A stretch of DNA of 64,000 nt, taken from positions 17,114,001-17,178,000 of the forward strand of contig NW_024704742.1 of NCBI RefSeq assembly GCF_018977255.1, read 5' to 3'. The translations under genes were made by a program, and so were the position numbers. Position 1 is the first letter of the stretch. Each line of letters starts with the position of its first letter. Below, in pieces: positions 39,501 to 52,344 of the stretch. The stretch comes from Callorhinchus milii. Lineage: Eukaryota. The notes beneath the pieces were generated by a model. It worked only from the letters and a program-made list of their open reading frames with translations. It searched no databases and had not been told where the DNA came from.

Positions 39501-41259
39501 ATGGGAAGTAATTGGGTCGAAGGGCATAAAGAATAGAAAACATGGAACAAGCCTACTCTTTCCACTAACCACAAAAAACCTGTGTGATGAAGCTCACCCG
39601 ATCTTCTCTACCTTGTAGGGGAAAAGTTCAGATTAGATGCTATCTGATCCTAAAGGACCTAGAATATTTATCAATCCCAGTGTCTCCACTCTTTAAACTT
39701 GGCCTGTTAACTCCATAGACAACACTTCCTTCCTTCCCCCTCCCCAGTACCACGGATATCATTAAATTTCATTGTGTCTCGTATTCATCTTAGTCTGCAC
39801 TTACCCTCGTATCTTTCAATATTCTTTCAGGCAGATACTTAGCCAAATCGAAGGAGGTAATCAATGCAGCATCAATTGCTATAAGGATGTGATCTCTTTA
39901 AATGTTGAATTACAGAAAGCGTTGACTAGATTGTCCTTTTATCATTTGTGCTAAAATTAGTGCTATTGGTTTGAGGTATTCAGGGAAACAATAATTTGAG
40001 GGTTATGCATTGCAATGAATCCCACAGATAATAGGATATTGTCAGTACACATATTCCAGGCGAGTTCCGTATTATTTATTATGAGCATTGCTAGCTTTGG
40101 CCAACATTCAGGTTGCAAGGTTAATTAAGAGAAGTCAGAGACACTACTATTGTCAAATATGTTTTGTCAGGATCCTTTTTGAGAAGGATTTTATTATCCG
40201 AGGATACTACTTCCTATTGATCTTCATGACAGTTGGGGGATAAAATCTTTTTGGAACTTGGATTTTTCTTTGGATGAGGTCAAAATTAATATCATTCCTA
40301 AATTAAATGCAATTCTGCTTATTGTCCTCCACCCACTCTTTCCAGCTATTTGTAGTGAATCAACAGAACACTGCAAATCCTTGGCCTCCACCGGTGACAG
40401 AATAGATAATGTATAGTAGCTTTAAAAAGAAAATATCTCAGCAGTCTAGATTTACTGAGCACTGTTAAATATTATACTGTGTTTCAACCTAGTGCATTTC
40501 CCAACATTGAAGGCGCTATATATATGTAAATTATATTGTATCTATTCACTCTTTCCCCCCACCCACCCCACACACACAGGCTGTGGGGGTTTCAGAAAGA
40601 GCTTAAAAATGCTCAACCATTTAATATTAAATTGTTGCTTCATAGTTGCCTTCCTCCATGCAGACAAGCATGTGTTTTGTTTGGCAAAGTGGGTGCGTCT
40701 GACTGTTGCTCCTTGGTTTAAAAACCTATTAGTCTTCCAGATGCTGCTTCCCTTTGGAATTATCTGCTAACTAAAATTGGTATCTAGCCAATTAAATAGG
40801 GCTCCATAGAAAATGTCATACATTTATAGAAGTCCTGAAGATTTAATGTTAATCATTTTACTAACTTTACCTTTGAACTTGTAAAGATCATACATTACCC
40901 ACAAACACACAAATATCATCAATTGAAATCCTCTCTTAAAGAAGTAACTACTCTGTGTTTTGTCAGCAAACTCAGGAGCTAATTTGCGAACCAAGTATTA
41001 TTGGTAACTGTACCTAAATAATGAATCTGAAAAGCACGGCAAACATTGCCATGATCCTCAATATAGGGGAAAGTGATTTTAATTTTATGTAGGTTGTGAT
41101 TAATTATTATTATCCATTTCTTATTCTTTTAATCTCTTATATATGTGGTGTACAATTATTATAAAATCAGAGGGGGAAAATTAACTGTGTATATTGTAGG
41201 CGAAAGGTGAATTAAAGAGAAGACTCTTATGATGAAGACTCATCTGGAAGACTCTCACC

Positions 41260-44125
41260 AGCGTGACAAGGGAACCGAGTGAGGTGAAACTGAGCGAGAA
41301 TTCTGTTAAGGAATTTGGAGAGAGTGAGAATTCTTCAGCAAAAGTAATACCAGAGAGTAAGAGAGAGCTCTTTGATTCAGCAGAAGAATGGGAAATCTAT
41401 CTTGAGATAGAGGCAACTTTATATGTTAGTAGGCAAACAAGTCAATTAGCAGTTAATCATAGGCCAGATGTTGGAGATTAAAAAATATGCTGACCAGTTG
41501 AAACTGGGTGCTTTTGTTTGAGTCCGACAGAAAGGAGAAGCCTTGCGAGAGCCTCACTTGAGCACAGAACTGAGTGAGAATTCTGTTAAGGAATTTGGTG
41601 AGAGTGGGAATTCAATGCAGAGGTGGAAAGAGGTGCATAATTAGAAAATATATAAGTTATATTAAAATAATATAAAACATGTCTGGGAATCTGGCAAGGC
41701 AAGGCAGCCACTGGCTGCATGCACAATGTGTGCCATGTGGGAACTCTAGGATGCGTCGTGTGCCCTGGACAGACATGTGTGTAGGAAGTGCTTCCGGCTG
41801 ATCGAGCTTGAGCTCAGAGTTTCTGACCTGGAGGAAAGGCTGGTGTCACTACATAGCAAACGGGGGGGGGGCTGAAGAATTCATGAATCAAACGTTTCAG
41901 GAAGCGGTCACCCCACAGCCACAGAGGGGTTCAAAAGTGAGTGAGGGGATGGGCAGTGCAAAAATCCCGTGAGTGTGTGGCACTCACAAACCGGTTCTCT
42001 GCACTGAATACCAGTCAGGATGATGACACCTCTGGGGATGGGAGTCAAAAGCAAATGGATGCACAGCGGGACATAGGAAAGAGTGTCAATGCAATTGTCC
42101 TTGGGAACACAATGGTGAAAGGAGTAGACAGGAGTTTCTGCAACCAAAGATATGACTCTCTGATGCCAGGGTTGAAGACATCTCGGAGCAGATGCAAAAC
42201 ATTCTACAGGGGGAAGGGAAACATCCAGAAGTTGTTGTCCATGTTGGGATCCATGACATAGGGAGAAAAAGGGCTGAGTTGCTATAGGGAGAGTATCAGA
42301 CGCTAGAGAAAAAGCTAAAGAATAGAAACTCAAAGGTGGTGATCTCTGGATTACGCCCAGTGCCTCGTGCAAGTGAGTATCAAAACAGCAGGATCAAACA
42401 CATGAATGCATGGTTGGAGAAATGGTGCAGAAAGGAGGGTTTCAGGTTCCTGGATCATTGGGACCAGTTCTGCTTAAATGCAGAGTGTGACAAATAAGAT
42501 TGGTGAGCTGCAGGCTCAAATTACATGGCTGACGTACTTAATGAGTACTTTGCATCTGTCTTCACAAAAGAAGAGGATGCAGCCAATAATAATAATAATC
42601 CTTGCATTTGATATAGTGCTTTTCACGTATTCTAGACGTCTCAAAGCGCTTCACAGAATATACTGTAAAGTGAATTGACTGTATATTTGTGGGCGAACGC
42701 GGCAGCCAATTGTGCACAGCAGTGTCCCATAGACAGTCGTGGATTCAAAATGACCAATTTATTATTGCTTTGTTTTTGGAGGGATTATTATTAGGCGTGT
42801 GGAGTAAGGAAACTTGCCCAAGGTTTTGCCCTGCCTGGAATTGAACCCAGGTGACTCGCTTGCAAAGCAAGAGCTCTAACCACTGAGCTACAGGACTCCA
42901 GGAATGCAACAGTATCAGAGGAGAGGGTAGAGAAATTGGATAAAATAAGAATAAACCAAGAGAGGAGGTACTAAAAAGGTTGTCAGTGCTCAAGGTAGAT
43001 AAATCACTGGGTCTGGACTGGATTCATCCTAGGTTATTGAAGGAAGTAAGGGTGGAAATAATGGAGGCTCTGTCCACAATCTTTCAATCCTCTTTGGTCA
43101 CCGGGGTGGTGCCAGACGATTGGAGGGTTGCAAATGTTACTCCCCTGGACAAAAAATGGCAGAAGGATAAACCTGGGAACTACAGGCCAGTCAGCCTAAC
43201 GTCAGTAGTGGTGAAACATCTAGAGGATATAATCTGGGACAAAATACATTTTCACTTAGAAAAACATGGGTTAATAAAGGACAACCAGCATGGATTTATT
43301 AAAGGCAAATCGTGTCTAACAAACCTGATTGAGCTTTTGATGAAGTAACGAAGATGGTGGATGGAGGTAGTGCAGTTGATGTAGTTCATATATATAACCT
43401 GGATTTGGGGATAGGGAGCACAATTTCCAAGTTTGCAGATGATACTCAGCTAGGAAAAGTAGTAAACAGTGAGGCGGATAGTAGCAGTCTGCAAATGGAC
43501 ATAGACCGACTCGTAAAATGGGCAGACATGTGGCAGATGATGTGGAGAAATGCAAAGTGATGCATTTTGGGAGGAAGAATGAGCAAGATGGTACAATCTT
43601 AAATTATAATCTTAAATTAAATTACAATCTTAAAGAGGGTGAAGGAAAAGAGAGAGCTGGGGGTTCATATAAGTAAATCTTTGAAGGTGGCAGGACAGGT
43701 AGATAAAGCTATTAATAACCATATGGAATACTAGGCTTTATAAATAGGGGCATAGAATACAAAAGTCAGGAAGTTATGATGAACTTTTATAAAACTGGTT
43801 TGGCTTCAGTTAGAATACTATGTTCAGTTCTGGGCACCAAACTTTAGGAAGGATGTCAATGCATTGGAGAGGGTGCAAATGAGATTTACCAGGATGGTAC
43901 CAGGAATGAGGGACGTCAGTTATCAAGAGAGGCTAGAAAAACTAGGATTATTCTCCTTGGAGCAGAGAAGGTTAAGAGAAGACTTAATCAAAGTTTTCAA
44001 AATTATGAGGTATTCGATAGGGTGAACAAGGAGAAACTATTTCCATTGGCGTGTGGGTCGGTAACCCAAGGACACCGATTTAAAATTGAACGAATGGCCT
44101 CCTTCTGTGCTGTATAATTCTATGA
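41260..44125 (+). mobile_element. CR1 LINE retaining 5'UTR, ORF1 (zinc finger/leucine zipper plus SGNH esterase) and an internally deleted ORF2
   Basis: CTMCAMWE..CRKC..LELRVSDLEERL; LTNRFSAL; IVLGNTMVKGVDRSFC; NAWLEKWCRKEGFRFLDHW; LNEYFASVFTKE; PGNYRPVSLTSVV; QHGFIKGKSCLTNL; KFADDT; 3' end ccttctgtgctgtataattctatga. Confidence 0.93.
42585..42900 (-). mobile_element. tRNA-Ala-like-headed SINE, full length, inside CR1 ORF2
   Basis: Consensus match. Confidence 0.95.
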
Positions 44126-45049
44126 AAAAATCTGAAAATACATTGTTCTTTGTGAACAAAAAACAGACAAAATCAAATTTTAATAAAGCAAACTGCATAC
44201 ATCTGGAAGGAAAATGTTGGAAAAACAGCTGTCCTTTCTGGTCAAGTGACCCACACTTTAGGGTGGACCCTGTCTCTGCTCGTGAGTACTTCTTTAGAGC
44301 CGTTAGGATGGATGGAGCCACAAAACAAGAAAGAGACAATAGTTTCAGGAAACTTTGCAATCATTCCTGTGAGGACAGTAATCTCTCCAAGACAGAACAT
44401 CTTTTGGAATCAAACTCCTATCAAGTATGCCTTCTGATCACATTATCATTGTGCATTTCCGTGCTGGCTTTGTGACTTCAGATGAAATATGAGGACCTTG
44501 ACCGACAGTCATTTATCTGCTGCAGGCAAACACGCCTTTTCATTGTAAGCATTGCACTGGGTAGATACAGGTCCAATTTTAAAGGTTAAAATATAAGGAA
44601 GTATCACAATGGAACACCCATGCATACGACTGTTCAATATAAATGGCAAAGACGACATGTCAGTTGCTTTGATTTAAGGTAAGGTCTTGGAGCAAAAGCA
44701 TTTAAGCAAAAATGTAATGAAGGTTTATACAAGTAACAAATGTAAATTTAGGAGCTTTTTCGAGTTAAAGCGTACAAATTGTTATCTTACGAATTGAACA
44801 ACTGCCAGAATGAGGACAGCAGTAACAGTAGCTTTACAGAAACACTGTATACCATCACTGCACTGAATTGTGCACAGGTCAGGCAGGTCGCAACAGTAAT
44901 TCATTTCCCCACAGAGAAGGTGACAATACGCACAGCGCAGCTCAATATGCTTTTACTTCCACAAGAAAAGACTTGCACTTTTAATCTCATAGTCTAAGAT
45001 GATATTCCAATTCAGTGCTGGTGGGGGGGAGGGCGGTTGTGGTTCCTTG

Positions 45050-45400
45050 TCGGAGGTGCATTCCTTTGGATACAAAGTTAGTCCTATCTGCCTGTTCAGC
45101 TGGATGTTAAAGATTCCATGGCACTATTTGAAAAAAGAAGGGAAGTTTCTCCTGGTGTCCTGGCCAACAAATCCCCAGATAAAATTGGTCTCTCACTGCA
45201 TAATAATAATGATAATAATAATAATAATACTTGCATTTGATATACCACCTTATCACGTCTTCAAGACGTGTCAAAGTGCTTCACAGGATATACTGTAAAA
45301 TGAATTCACTGTATATTTTGTGGGCAAATTGGCTGTCTGTGGAATATTGTGAGCAACTGGTTGCACAGTTTCAAATGCAAGGATTGCTATTATTATTATA
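45050..45400 (+). mobile_element. Old Deu-SINE with an antisense SINE 3' fragment (~45200-45330) nested in it
   Basis: Deu core, then (TAA)n cttgcatttgatata, then the plus-strand tail resumes. Confidence 0.75.
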
Positions 45401-45659
45401 ATGAGTTATCCTGAAGTGTCACAGGTGGTCACAAATACCATTTCCTGCGATGGCTGCACTCTCTTCGGTATTACTTTGCAAAATATTAACCTTTCATTAA
45501 AACCCTGGCTTCTCAGTTCTTTTTTATTTTTTGAAAGACCTAAGTTTAAAAGTCATGACTATCTTCCTGGTTGTTTTGTATTACAGAATGATCATGGTAA
45601 GTAAATGTATTTACCAAATGACGGACAATTGGTTAATAAAGTCTACAGCAGCAAGTCTC

Positions 45660-46740
45660 TTCCTAGATTGCTAGCAGCTGGCCATGGGAGTGTGACAAGT
45701 TTAAATGCCAGTCTGCGTGAACCATTCCCATTGCACAAGTTGCTTTCAAGCTTGTTATATTGGAGAACATCTGTGTGGTGAAATCCTTACACTTCCTCTG
45801 AACACTGCTGCTTAATTTTGGCAGCAAATAACGAATTGTGGTTTGGCAGAGCCACACAAATCAATGTTGCCAAGAATCTCTCAGCATTTTATGTACAATA
45901 ACAAGCAGTCCTTTTTTTAAAAAAAACAAGAGCTTTAAAATTAAGAATATTTTAACTGAAACCATCGGCTTGTTCCATTGCATAAGCAAGGCAACAGACA
46001 TTTGCCGTAGCATTCATTATATTATGATTCAATTTTTGCCCAGGCAAATAGTGTCCACTGCAGGTGCAACTTTGTCATACAACTCAAGGGCTTCTTCTCT
46101 GACGTCAGTAAAGTTGAAGAGGAAATAGAGAATATCTCTGCCATGTCCTTTTGGAGAAGTAAAATCTGTACAACACGTTGCTGCTCATAGGCACAGACAA
46201 CAACAACTTCACGCCGGATTGTGTCTTGGAGCACTTTGCAGACCATTGAATTTAGTGTATAGTCTAGATTATTAAAGAAAGATGCTTCTCTAACAATATA
46301 ATCAACCTCATCTACTCTAGTACTCCCAAGGAAGTCACAGTTAGCTGACTAAGATACTTCTCAATAAATTATTATAGAAGTCTTATTTTACTCTTTGCCT
46401 TAAAAGTTCTATTTAGCCAATGGTGAACATTATTACAAGAATCGTTCCCATAAATAAAGCCTCTTGAATCAAGATGAATATGTTTTGTGATCCAATTGTT
46501 CAGGCACATGATCAGAACTCCTTTCAAAACTGAAAAATCATAATCCAAAAGGAAAACTGACCTGTGCAACACATAGGAACAGGATAATTATTCTTTTGAG
46601 GATTAAGTATATCAACGGCAAGTATTCAACATGGACTTGTTGGCAGCAATGTTGAATGATCTCGACATTCATTGAAAAATTGTCATGTTCATGGGTTTTG
46701 TCACTTGAATGGAACTAGCAACCTTATTCGCCTCTAACTG
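45660..46740 (-). pseudogene. Decayed protein-like ORF of unknown origin
   Basis: Successive open stretches linked by apparent frameshifts. No splice structure seen and no family recognised. Confidence 0.3.
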
Positions 46741-47404
46741 GTCACAAGGAGGCTCAAAGGCACTGAAATGCTGCTCAGTTCTGGCTTGAAAAGAGAAGAG
46801 AAGAATTGCTACAATGCCTTGATTGACAGCAGCAGAGTTTGTGATCTGCTACTATGGTGCATTATGAGACTTGTTGTACTCTTCTGTTGCTTATGTGTCA
46901 GCTTGGCTCAGGAGGTCAGACTGGCTCAGTGGATAGGATTCTCATGTCTGAATCAGAACTTCATGGGTTCAACCCCCCAAATGGGTCTTTACATTCATAG
47001 TCTAGGCTCGCACTTGATTACAATTATTATTATCAAATGTAAGGATTATGATTCTCATTATTACAATAATGTAAATAAATATTAGTATCTCACATAAGTT
47101 GCTCATATGTATGTTCCAGCTCTCTCCTAATCTGCATCAATGTTCCCTGAGTAACCTGAGCTGAATATATCAGGAAATAAGATTTTCTCCTCCTGAACAT
47201 TTTGGCTAACTGATTCTCTCATTCCTGAAGATAAACATGAGTAGGGTGTGATTTGCTGTGGGGTGAAAATAGTGACTTGTGCTGTGTCACTTAACAATCA
47301 TTGAAAATCTTTGCCACTTAACTTTACAAAAAAANCAGAGTTAAGATAGTAACCCACTAAATGGCAGTCCGATGTTGAGATCTGGGAAGGAAGTCTAACA
47401 GTTA

Positions 47405-47729
47405 TAATAATAATAATAATCCTTGCATTTGATATAGCGCTTTTCACGTCGGGAGGACGTCCCAAAGCGCTTCACAGAATATACTGTAAAGTGAATTGAC
47501 TGTATATTTGTGGGCGAACGCGGCAGCCAATTGCGCACAGCAATGTCCCACAAACAGTCGTAGATTGAAAATGACCAATTTATTATTGTTTTGGGTTTTT
47601 GGAGGGATTATTATTAGGCTCTGTGTGGAGTAAGGAAACTTGCCCAAGGTTTCGCCCTCTGCCTGGAATTGAACCCAGGTGTCTTGCTTGCAAAGCAAGT
47701 GCTCTAACCACTGAGCTACAGGACTCCAC
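47405..47729 (-). mobile_element. tRNA-Ala-like-headed SINE, full length
   Basis: Consensus match. Confidence 0.95.
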
Positions 47730-48217
47730 GAGCAGCTTCTGTGTGTAATCTTTTTGAACAGGTTTCGGACTGGGCAGGTTAGGTTCAATAATTCATAATA
47801 TTGATTGCTCTCTTTTTTAATAATGTTTTAATGATCAAAACTTGTAAATTGGTAAGGAATGTCTGGCACCTCCCCTCCTCCCACCATTTTATAGGAGAAT
47901 TGTGACACTTTGCATTATACAAGGACATCTTAAACTTAAACATAGCAGCAAAAGAAAGGCAGAACACTTGCAAGTACTCCTCAGGGAGATCTGCAAAGCA
48001 TATCCCACAGTCATCACGGGTTCTGGGAGCTGCAGAGTCCAGGCATATTAGAAACAGTCTGAGTGCAGTGCCCTGATGATGGTTTCAGGCCAACGGGTGA
48101 CAACCATTTCCTTCGGAGTCGTTTTTTATTATCTATTGAATTTGCTTTTGTGTTTGCTTCAGTCAAGTAGTGGTCATATATTACAACTGTCAATAAGTAA
48201 CAATTCATAGCACCTTA

Positions 48218-48510
48218 ATAATCCCTGCTTTTAGTGTGCTACCTTATCGCGTCTTCAAAATGTCTCAAAGCAATTCATAGGTTTTTTGTAAAGCGGAGTG
48301 ACTGTGTATTTTGTAAATGGACACGGCAGCCAATTTGGGCACGGCATGTCTATGTCTCACAAACAAGCATGAAGTGAATGACTAATTTTATCTGAGGAAT
48401 TGTTGGCCAGGACAATGGGAGAAACTCCCTTCTCTTTTTAAATAGTGCCATGGGATCTTTAGTGTCCACCTAAACAGGCAGCAGAAACTCAGTTTAACAT
48501 ATCATCCAAA
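48218..48510 (-). mobile_element. Old Deu-SINE
   Basis: aatagtgccatgggatcttt core. Confidence 0.8.
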
Positions 48511-49439
48511 GAATTCAACCTCCTCCCCTGGAAAAAATCAGAGCTATGCAAAGTAATGGTGGATTTTGAAACTTATTCGGGTTCTTTAAAATAAGCTTCA
48601 TAATGAAACAGCAGCAAATCAAGTCCTATTTCCAGTATACACACAGATGGGTCTCACATAGACCTTCAGAAACATTAGCACCTGCTGCGTTTACTGTAAT
48701 CAATTGTAACCACAAGTACTGATTGTATGAAGTGCATATGATATTGTGCTGAATATTTTGACTGAATGAATAATAGTCTGAGTAGAAAATTATTTTAGTG
48801 AAAATTATGGTCGTGTATGAGTTGAATTGTCACAAAGTGACCATTTTCACAATGTATTTGCCAAGATGAGAATAATTGGGGGAAATCTATTTACCATATA
48901 TATTTAGCTAACATGACACTATCATATATTGAATCATTACAATAATTTGTGTCTTTTGGGTGGCAAGTTACATTCTCAATCTACTATATTACACAGATTG
49001 GGCCCTCATTCCTTTATCAGCAGAAATGCCCCGCTGAACAAAAGAAACAGTTTGCTCTGCTTGTTTTATGTTTCCTTTTAGAATATATCCCCAGAGTACT
49101 CCCTTGTAGTACTCCCTTGTCACTCAGCAAATGATTTACACCCTCAAGTCAACTTCACTTATCTTTTATGAAGTTCCTGAGCGGGACCAAAGGGCATCAA
49201 CACTTAGAGGATTTAAGGCAACGAACAATTAATCATGTCTTCTCTGTGTGTGTGCAAAACATATTTTTTTATATGGCATGAATAATAATGAAACAATCGG
49301 CTTGTTATATCTTTGCATGAGATACAAAATAGCAATAGGAGGATACTTAAAAATCAACCCCAGGTTTACTGTTCTTTAAAGTGCCCACATCTCTCTGCAA
49401 GAGATCTCATTGCAGTTATGTTGTCAGCATGCAAATCAT

Positions 49440-49870
49440 TTTCCGAAATGACCGGTCTAAATATCTAAATTACCAATACTGACCCCCACTGCGGGCTGCC
49501 AAATAAAACAAACTAGTGGCGCTTTCTGGTAATTATCGTGCTTGTAGACTAGCCCTGGGACTTGTTAAATTCTCCCCTTTACACCACAAATAAACTTGGC
49601 AAACACGCAGTAAAACGAGTAAGAGTTAATAACGCCAAAAATGTGTTTCGTAGGTTGTTTCGAAATATCTAAAAAAAATTCCTCTGAAAATCCTTCTGAA
49701 AGGAAGAGCAGAGAGTGACTCATCTGGTTCCGCGAGACCGGCTTCCTTTATTTTCTGTGAAGAAGGAAACATAAGTATGAGAACCAAGTCCGGGACCCGA
49801 CTCCACGAAGAGTTTGCTCATTTACGAGAAAGTGGATCCAAGAATGGAAGTTCCTGACTGTCATACTCCA
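49440..49870. promoter_or_regulatory. Candidate enhancer: locally CpG-enriched unique sequence with an AP-1 site
   Basis: TGACTCA at 49716-49722, nearby GGAA/TTCC cores and retained CpGs. Confidence 0.35.
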
Positions 49871-50659
49871 ACCGAAACAGCACTGTGGAAAAGTTATTGG
49901 AACTGCTTTGAATATGAACTGATAATATAACTTCAAAGTCTATACACAGAATGCTATCCGGAGTTTTGTGTGTAATTTCATTTTTGTGATAATTAAATTC
50001 AAGAAGCTCTGGTGATTAGCATTAATCAATGGAACAGTACAACAAGCAATCCAAGACTGGAGTTCTGGATCTGGGCATGGAAAACACCCTTCTCAGTTAG
50101 GCTTTCTTGATAATGTATTGTAATTAGACCACAAAGTACCCAAGCAAGAGAGGTAATGAACACACACACACACACAGACACACAGACTCAGTTCACGGAT
50201 TAAATGGTATATTACTACAGTCTGCAGGACCCTGCAGGGATAGACAACACTAACAAGCATGGACGTGTGCAGTGTCTAGGCTTGTAATTTGCCTGTTTGT
50301 GATTTACAGCTCACTCTCAATTCCCATCCTGTTCAGGTACTAGGTTATTTGGTTTGTCAGACACTCAGACACCAAGTTCAATGGCCCTTTTCAACTGTGC
50401 ATCTTCCTTTGTGTCTTCCTGGTTCAATATGGCCAGGTACTTCCTTCATGGATGCCTAGAATAGGAGAGACTGAAGGGCAGATTGATTTTCAGTTTTAAA
50501 CCTCCAGGCTCTGTCTTTGATGGGAACTCATGGTTTAACTGGACACCACATCGCTGGACTCAAAGTGCATTACATGGTCAACAAAAGTATATTATATAGT
50601 GCTTTTACATTGATATATATTATATATTATAATTATATTATATTGAGATAGAGAAACCT

Positions 50660-50940
50660 ATTAAACTGAGGTCCTGTCTGCCTGTACAGGTGGACATTAA
50701 AGATCTCATGGTGCAATTTCAAAAGCAAAGGGACTTTCTCCTGGTGCCCTGACCAACATTCCCCCAAAATAAAAAAAGGTTATTGTTTTCATGGCTGTGG
50801 AATATTGCTCTGTGCAAATTAACTGCCGTAATCACCCACAAAAGAATTACAGACATTACAGTAAATCCTGTGAAGTGCTTTGAGATGTCCTCCTGATGTA
50901 AAAGGTGCAATGCCAAATGTAAGGATTAGTATTATAATAA
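50660..50940 (+). mobile_element. Old Deu-SINE
   Basis: ttaaactgaggtcctgtctgcctg...caggtggacattaaagatc core plus tail. Confidence 0.82.
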
Positions 50941-51559
50941 CAAGACGTGCATAGTGCGTAGTGCAGCAGCCTGTCGATTGCTATCACATGGATGTAGCAA
51001 CAATAAGATAGTTGCACTTGGCTTTCCTCAGCGCTCACTTCAAAAGTCCATGGTCCTGGACTCATTCTTATCAACCAGATGGAGCCTGATCATCGGCTTC
51101 CTGTGGGGGATCTTTATCTGATTCCCAATATCTAGTCAGGAAACGCTTGTCAGTAAAAAAAAATCCATTTCAAGTTCAGCAGAAGTGCTGACTAGGAAGT
51201 GTCGGGTTTTATTGCTTGTTGCCATTTCTTTTTCAATTGATAGGCTGAGAAAACGGCTGAGAGCTGTCGCTATTTCTTGGCTTTTATTGTTTCAGCTGGC
51301 GAACATCTGGGTGATTTCATTAGCATTTGTCCTGGGTTTTGCAATTTTTCTTTTGGTCATGAACACGTACCAGAAATCCTGAGCGAAACATCAAAGGTGG
51401 GAAAAGTAATGAACTTAACGGTCAGTTCAGCGTGAATCGCAGTAGCATTTCAAAATGTTGGTGACTCCCCAGTGTATAGGAATATGACTGTAAAATAAAT
51501 ATAATATTTTGAGTTCTGTCATTTTTCTCTCTGATCCTCCTAAGTGTTGACTCCTTTTT

Positions 51560-51895
51560 TCCCCCTGATGGAGTACTCACCTTGGCCAATCTCTTATACC
51601 TCACCCAATTGACTATTATTCTTGTGTGAATCTTGACGTTGAGAACTGATGGACTTTTCGACCGTGGGGGACATCGCAGCTAAGGCTGATTCTGTCCTAA
51701 CATCTGCACATATTCCAGCAAGACCCTTCACTTCAAGATCAGGAACAGGCAGGAACCCTGATTCATTTCACCCCTCTCTAACTCAGAGTCGCTCAGACGA
51801 ATTGAAGCACCTCAACTGCTGCCCTAGCTTAAATCAACTAACGCAGCACAGCCTGCCATTCAACCCCCAAACTTTTTGGTCTGTTCTGCATGGTG
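51560..51895 (-). mobile_element. Second older SINE-like family, longest copy
   Basis: Similar to ~29900-30190, ~31340-31500 and ~36560-36765. Confidence 0.5.
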
Positions 51896-52344
51896 CTGCA
51901 CCAAAACACAAAGACCAGAAAAAGTACTAAAATATTTTCATTCATAGACTTATCTGTTTTGGTTGGGATGTAACTGGCAGAATAACTTGCATGCAATCTT
52001 CCCAGATTTGTAAGCACATAATGGAAGGGACGGGGCAACATCACTGATCATGTATGCCACTATTATTATTGTACTGATTTTATAAATATTAGGGCAACAT
52101 CCAGAATCTTAGAATCATAACATTTTTTAGCATTGATAAAGGCAATTCAGCCTATCATGTCTGTACCGGCTCCCTATAAGAGTTTAGTCCCATTTTCCTG
52201 GGTTTTCCTCATGCCCCTTTATATTTTTTCTTCTCAGGTGTATTCCTTCCTATTCCCTGTGACCAACCATTAGGAGGTGACAGAGAATGCCTAGTCGACT
52301 TTTACTTCTCATTGTTTAAAAGCCCCATTTTGTTCTCTGCACCA

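Noticed and set aside
47335..47335. Single N base
   Set aside because: Assembly ambiguity; not biological.
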